Shown here: positions 60,182 through 64,000 of the stretch, piece after piece | How the letters are laid out: each line of letters opens with the position of its first letter | Numbering within the stretch: the stretch's first letter is position 1 | Source of the DNA: a virus | Taxonomy: Duplodnaviria > Caudoviricetes | DNA: 64,000 bases | Direction: 5' to 3' (one strand) | IMG/VR virus record: IMGVR_UViG_3300037067_003476 | Span: 32,001 to 96,000 of that record | Position numbers and translations under genes: made by a program | Notes under the pieces: generated by a model | The model's input: the letters and a program-made list of their open reading frames with translations, nothing else | Databases searched by the model: none | What the model was told of the DNA's origin: nothing

Positions 60182-61231
60182 TTATTGATTTGCAGGATCT
60201 TCTGGGTGCGTTACATCTAGTTTGTTGAATGTTGAGAAATTGTATGTAGTAACCACGTTACCACCGCCAGCATCGCCACCGCTATATGTGGTGGACGCAA
60301 GCTTGTTCTTACCACCAAGATCGATAACAGTACCCTCTCTCATACGAACCAAAATGGTCTCGTTAGAAAGATTGGTTCCACCGACTGGATCTGCCAGCGC
60401 ATCTACGTTATCCCCTTCACTAGCGGTTACGTCGATTGCGCATGTCACTTCTACCGGGAATGTTACATATCGGTAGTACGGACCACGCTTTCCAAGCTCG
60501 AACAACTGATCTCTGCCAAGATTCGCGGTGATGGTGACTGTTTGGATATGTGCCGCATACCCGTCGCCAGAAATGGGATTTGTACCAGACGAAGTAATGC
60601 CTGGAATATTTGTTGGCCATATGGATGAATCATCTGCCTCGCCCATCAAAACGTCTTCGCGTCTTTGAACACCACCAGATGATACGATAGAGAATGGCTG
60701 GTCTGTACCGTCGAAATTGGGGTCAAAGGTAATATAACCAGATACGCCCTTCCATACTTTGTCGTTGCCGACAAGAGTAACGTCTTCTGTACAATTACCA
60801 TCGACATTGAGGGTATAGGTTAGCGCGGACAAGTACATCCCAGACATGCCAACCGAATTGATAGGAGTTCCCGATGCATTGTCGTTAGTGTCTGGATAGA
60901 TATTAAGCGCAACGAAGCATCTGTTGTTCGATCTCCCAACCAATGTGGGGGATGTAGCCTGTTGCGTGGCAAGGTGATATAGCAGTGGATACCCGTCAAG
61001 AACCTTTTGCATCGTTACCTGAATATCAGGAATACCCTCGATATTCTCGTAAAGCTCTAGTTGTCCAAGTTCAAAAACCTGTTCCAGGTTGAAAGTTGTG
61101 GTTATGTTGATATTCTGGACACCGTGTGCTGCTATAAAACCGGAAGGTGATCCTGCGTCATCTGGATCTGCAACGCCATGCGGCGCAAACCCTGGTGCAT
61201 GACAGGCGTAAAAGATACGATTATTTGTCAT
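60182..61231 (-). CDS. major tail tube protein
   Basis: Duplicated EQ(V/L)FELG motif; position between terminator gene and chaperones/TMP; strong SD, own promoter and terminator. Confidence 0.72.
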   Translation of the reverse strand: MTNNRIFYACHAPGFAPHGVADPDDAGSPSGFIAAHGVQNINITTTFNLEQVFELGQLELYENIEGIPDIQVTMQKVLDGYPLLYHLATQQATSPTLVGRSNNRCFVALNIYPDTNDNASGTPINSVGMSGMYLSALTYTLNVDGNCTEDVTLVGNDKVWKGVSGYITFDPNFDGTDQPFSIVSSGGVQRREDVLMGEADDSSIWPTNIPGITSSGTNPISGDGYAAHIQTVTITANLGRDQLFELGKRGPYYRYVTFPVEVTCAIDVTASEGDNVDALADPVGGTNLSNETILVRMREGTVIDLGGKNKLASTTYSGGDAGGGNVVTTYNFSTFNKLDVTHPEDPANQ

Positions 61232-61267
61232 TTCTAGTCTCTCCTATATTTGCGTACTATCTCTCTA

Positions 61268-61278
61268 TTTTTATACAC
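61268..61278 (-). promoter_or_regulatory. late-promoter-like motif GTGTATAAAAA
   Basis: Same motif upstream of tube gene. Confidence 0.68.
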
Positions 61279-62202
61279 TTATATACCTGGGCAATCTACT
61301 TCAATTTCCCACGTTACGCGACCACGGAATATATTAGGATTCAGCGAATCAATACGCTGGACCTTTCCGTTCATTATGCGCATCTTTTTCCAGGGCTTGC
61401 TATTCGCCATGTCAACCCAATTTGTGGCCCCAGAAACCGGGCTACCCCACTCGTCTAAGGGGTACGACATTGAGTTTAGATCAGCCATGATAAATGCCGA
61501 TCTGCTTTGGTAATCCAACCAATCCATAAGAAGATTTCTGTCAGCTTTATTATCGGCGAATACTTGTAATACTACAGTTCTACTTTTAATCTGACCACCA
61601 CCAAGAGCCAGTCCTTTTTGTGTGCCCCGGTTAACATCTATAAATATCGCTGGTAACCACACTTGCCTATCCCTATCTGGGATACCAGATGGTTCTATGC
61701 GAGACGCAAAATCAACGACGCTGTTTTGTAATAACTGGCTGTAATCGGGATGATCGGTGGATGACACAAATACCGATCTATGACAATATTCGGCTCGTAT
61801 ATCAGCGTCTGGGTCCATAGGGGTATCAAAGACAATTCTACCATGGCTATAATCTACATGATACGAGTACGGTAATTGTGAATCCGTATCGTAAAAGTTG
61901 TTGTTGATATATATACCAGAAACCCGAAACGGAGAGCCACTAATCGAGACTCCCTCTTCCCATACCCATTCGTTTCCAAATCCATTCCAAACGCGACCTT
62001 CTTCGTATCTTTGATCTAAAACAGGAAGTAGTCGAGATTCTGTGTCATTAAATGTTGAGTAAGAATCGTAGTTAATTTGAGAAAATGCGCCGTGGTGTAG
62101 TAGACCCCAATCTAGCCATAGCTTGATATTTGTGGTTAGTTGATCGGTTAATTCGTATCCCCCGAATCCGCCACTATTGATTCCCTTGAATGTTAGAGAC
62201 AT
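61279..62202 (-). CDS. tail terminator/completion-like protein
   Basis: LPAIFID...G..LGGG....R.V.LQVFA....DRN.L.D; position before tube gene. Confidence 0.6.
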   Translation of the reverse strand: MSLTFKGINSGGFGGYELTDQLTTNIKLWLDWGLLHHGAFSQINYDSYSTFNDTESRLLPVLDQRYEEGRVWNGFGNEWVWEEGVSISGSPFRVSGIYINNNFYDTDSQLPYSYHVDYSHGRIVFDTPMDPDADIRAEYCHRSVFVSSTDHPDYSQLLQNSVVDFASRIEPSGIPDRDRQVWLPAIFIDVNRGTQKGLALGGGQIKSRTVVLQVFADNKADRNLLMDWLDYQSRSAFIMADLNSMSYPLDEWGSPVSGATNWVDMANSKPWKKMRIMNGKVQRIDSLNPNIFRGRVTWEIEVDCPGI

Positions 62203-62203
62203 T

Positions 62204-62932
62204 TCACACCGTTCCTATTTGGGCCAACACGATTTTAACAACATCAATTGCCACACTACTCTGGCCGATAGTATATTCAATGAAATTCGCACCAGAAATT
62301 GGTCGAGCTACATCTGGAACAACATAGCCACCTTCTCGGAATGGTGCTCCGGCTACCTGAAGAAATTCTGTACTAGCCATAATCGCTCGTCCGCTGCGAG
62401 ACCAAGACAGTAGGCTATCAAATCCGTGTCCCTTAGTGAATATGTCATATACCAGTGTTCTGCCCATCTCCATGTCATAGGCCACCTGCCCTATATCTAT
62501 ATCCGGATCAATTAGCATCCATCTTAATACGGGTATTATTTGATTCGATGGCTGGGATATATAAGACGCATTTGGTAATCCAAGATAGTCCTCCCAATAG
62601 TTGCTAGTACCATGTATCGATATCACAACATTAGACTTGCCAGGAATAATGGTAACAGATTTTTTTATCATGTCTAGCAAACCACCAACCAGCGTCGATG
62701 CCGCACCATCGCTTAGCCCAAATTCGGCCTGTAGATCAGTAGACCCAATTCCGAGCAATGATTTGATTACATCAGTTTCTCTGAGTATTTTGGATAAATG
62801 ATCACCGATAGCTCGTTGTATTATCGTCTTGCGACCATTGACTTTATTTCGAATTGCGACCATGACATCTGGCATAGCTTTTTCAAGCTGTGTCTTCAGG
62901 GGTGGTTTGATAATCAATTCAATACTAGCCAT
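62204..62932 (-). CDS. neck/tail-completion-like protein
   Basis: Position; SRSGRAIM, NFIEY motifs. Confidence 0.5.
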   Translation of the reverse strand: MASIELIIKPPLKTQLEKAMPDVMVAIRNKVNGRKTIIQRAIGDHLSKILRETDVIKSLLGIGSTDLQAEFGLSDGAASTLVGGLLDMIKKSVTIIPGKSNVVISIHGTSNYWEDYLGLPNASYISQPSNQIIPVLRWMLIDPDIDIGQVAYDMEMGRTLVYDIFTKGHGFDSLLSWSRSGRAIMASTEFLQVAGAPFREGGYVVPDVARPISGANFIEYTIGQSSVAIDVVKIVLAQIGTV

Positions 62933-64000
62933 TATCTACCAACTCCCAGAATGTTATACAATACCTATCTTCTCTTAAACCGACCGGAATTGGCCCTCTC
63001 AACCTCCTAACTCTTAGCGTCAGCATGTCACTAATAGCAACGTTCATAAGCGCTGTTTTTGCCTTAACGATCAGAGGTGCTTCTGTCAAAAAACTTTTTG
63101 TTCTAACTATCGCGGACGGATCGTGTACTGCGACACCATATTTACGATAATCTTTGGGATTCCATTTCACCAGTGCCTTAATACATCTGGTTACGGAATC
63201 TGTAATCAAACCAGCACCTTTACAGTGAGGGCACTTGTGCCCTCTGGCAAATGGCGTTGGTCCGCCAGTCTTGTATATCCCCGTCGATCTATTATTAAGA
63301 GAGTCGTATGTGCAATTTGGACACGCACTCCTTGTTGGCTCAAATTCCAAGTACATGTTTTTGCCAAGTTGATTGATAAGTGCGTCGATTCTTCCCTGAT
63401 ATATAGAGATCAATTCGTCGCTAATTTGAATTGCAGCATATGGATCTAAAATTGGACACTCACTACTTGGTAATTCCTCAAAACCAAATATAACTAGGCC
63501 AATATCACCGGAAACCCCTGCTGATCCAGACAAGTAAAGGTCTATGCCAGACGAACAAGGATCTCCACCGTTCAAATCAAAGTATCCGTATCGCGTTCTT
63601 GACGAAGCAGACAATGAGCCATCACCAGCAACAAATTCGAAGTATAGTAATTCTTCTGGTTTTTCTATTTCGAACTGCCTGAAAAGGATAAATTCCGATC
63701 CGTTGTGTAGGTATGCGTTAATGGTATCGCCGATACGATCAAATTTGACCCTGAATCCATAATTATCACCTGCCTGATTATTTTGCCAGTTGAAAATTTC
63801 GTTTAGATCAAATATATAGTGTGTGTATCCATTGAAATATGAGAACCTTGAAGCAGGAATACCAAGCCATAATTTGTGGCTCTTTCCATATTGACCAGGA
63901 TCGTCAATCCACTGATTAGCAGAACCGGCATGGTAGCATCCAAGCCACGCCCTCGCCAATTCGCCATTATACGTCGACGGAGTATACCACGATCTATCCC
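62925..64000 (-). CDS. head-closure/neck-like protein with N-terminal accessory domain (5'-truncated)
   Basis: Frame stays open past 63959 to the window edge; C-terminal CPNC..CPHC and PIPVGL....Y...FW. Confidence 0.55.
   Translation of the reverse strand, partial: DRSWYTPSTYNGELARAWLGCYHAGSANQWIDDPGQYGKSHKLWLGIPASRFSYFNGYTHYIFDLNEIFNWQNNQAGDNYGFRVKFDRIGDTINAYLHNGSEFILFRQFEIEKPEELLYFEFVAGDGSLSASSRTRYGYFDLNGGDPCSSGIDLYLSGSAGVSGDIGLVIFGFEELPSSECPILDPYAAIQISDELISIYQGRIDALINQLGKNMYLEFEPTRSACPNCTYDSLNNRSTGIYKTGGPTPFARGHKCPHCKGAGLITDSVTRCIKALVKWNPKDYRKYGVAVHDPSAIVRTKSFLTEAPLIVKAKTALMNVAISDMLTLRVRRLRGPIPVGLREDRYCITFWELVDNG

Noticed and set aside
1-64000. tRNA, rRNA or IS elements
   Set aside because: Intergenic gaps are nearly all under about 70 nt; no cloverleaf, transposase or terminal inverted repeats recognised by eye (tRNAscan/Infernal not run).
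1-64000. Host assignment
   Set aside because: Lipoprotein genes, SD usage and a B12-dependent RNR indicate a bacterial host but do not identify a phylum.

Overview
This is a 64-kb, densely coding slice of a large tailed dsDNA phage, probably siphovirus-like (tube and ~1,960-aa tape measure present, no sheath seen). The + strand (1-40.5 kb) holds non-structural genes. These include a Xer-like recombinase, a ClpP-like protease, a sigma factor, nucleotide metabolism (class II RNR, dCMP deaminase, dNMP kinase) and a bacterial-type replisome (RecA, DnaB, primase, SSB, DnaE). There are also two large sugar-synthesis/glycosyltransferase clusters. The - strand (40.5-64 kb) is a tail/neck morphogenesis module marked by a repeated GTGTATAAA late-promoter-like motif. 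Most notable: (1) a GT4 glycosyltransferase carries a mini-intein in its EX7E motif, and right after the intein a 9-nt in-frame insert with a stop (GGT-TAA-CTA-GGC) would be repaired exactly by a Gly-to-Gly ribosomal hop; (2) DnaE is split, without an intein, around a DarG-like macrodomain and a UDG, and carries a degenerate internal palm duplication; (3) a probable virion glycosylation system, with about 10 GT-like genes and Ser-Gly enrichment in exposed structural proteins; (4) a Whirly-like ssDNA-binding protein. All calls come from motif recognition by eye; no database searches were run.
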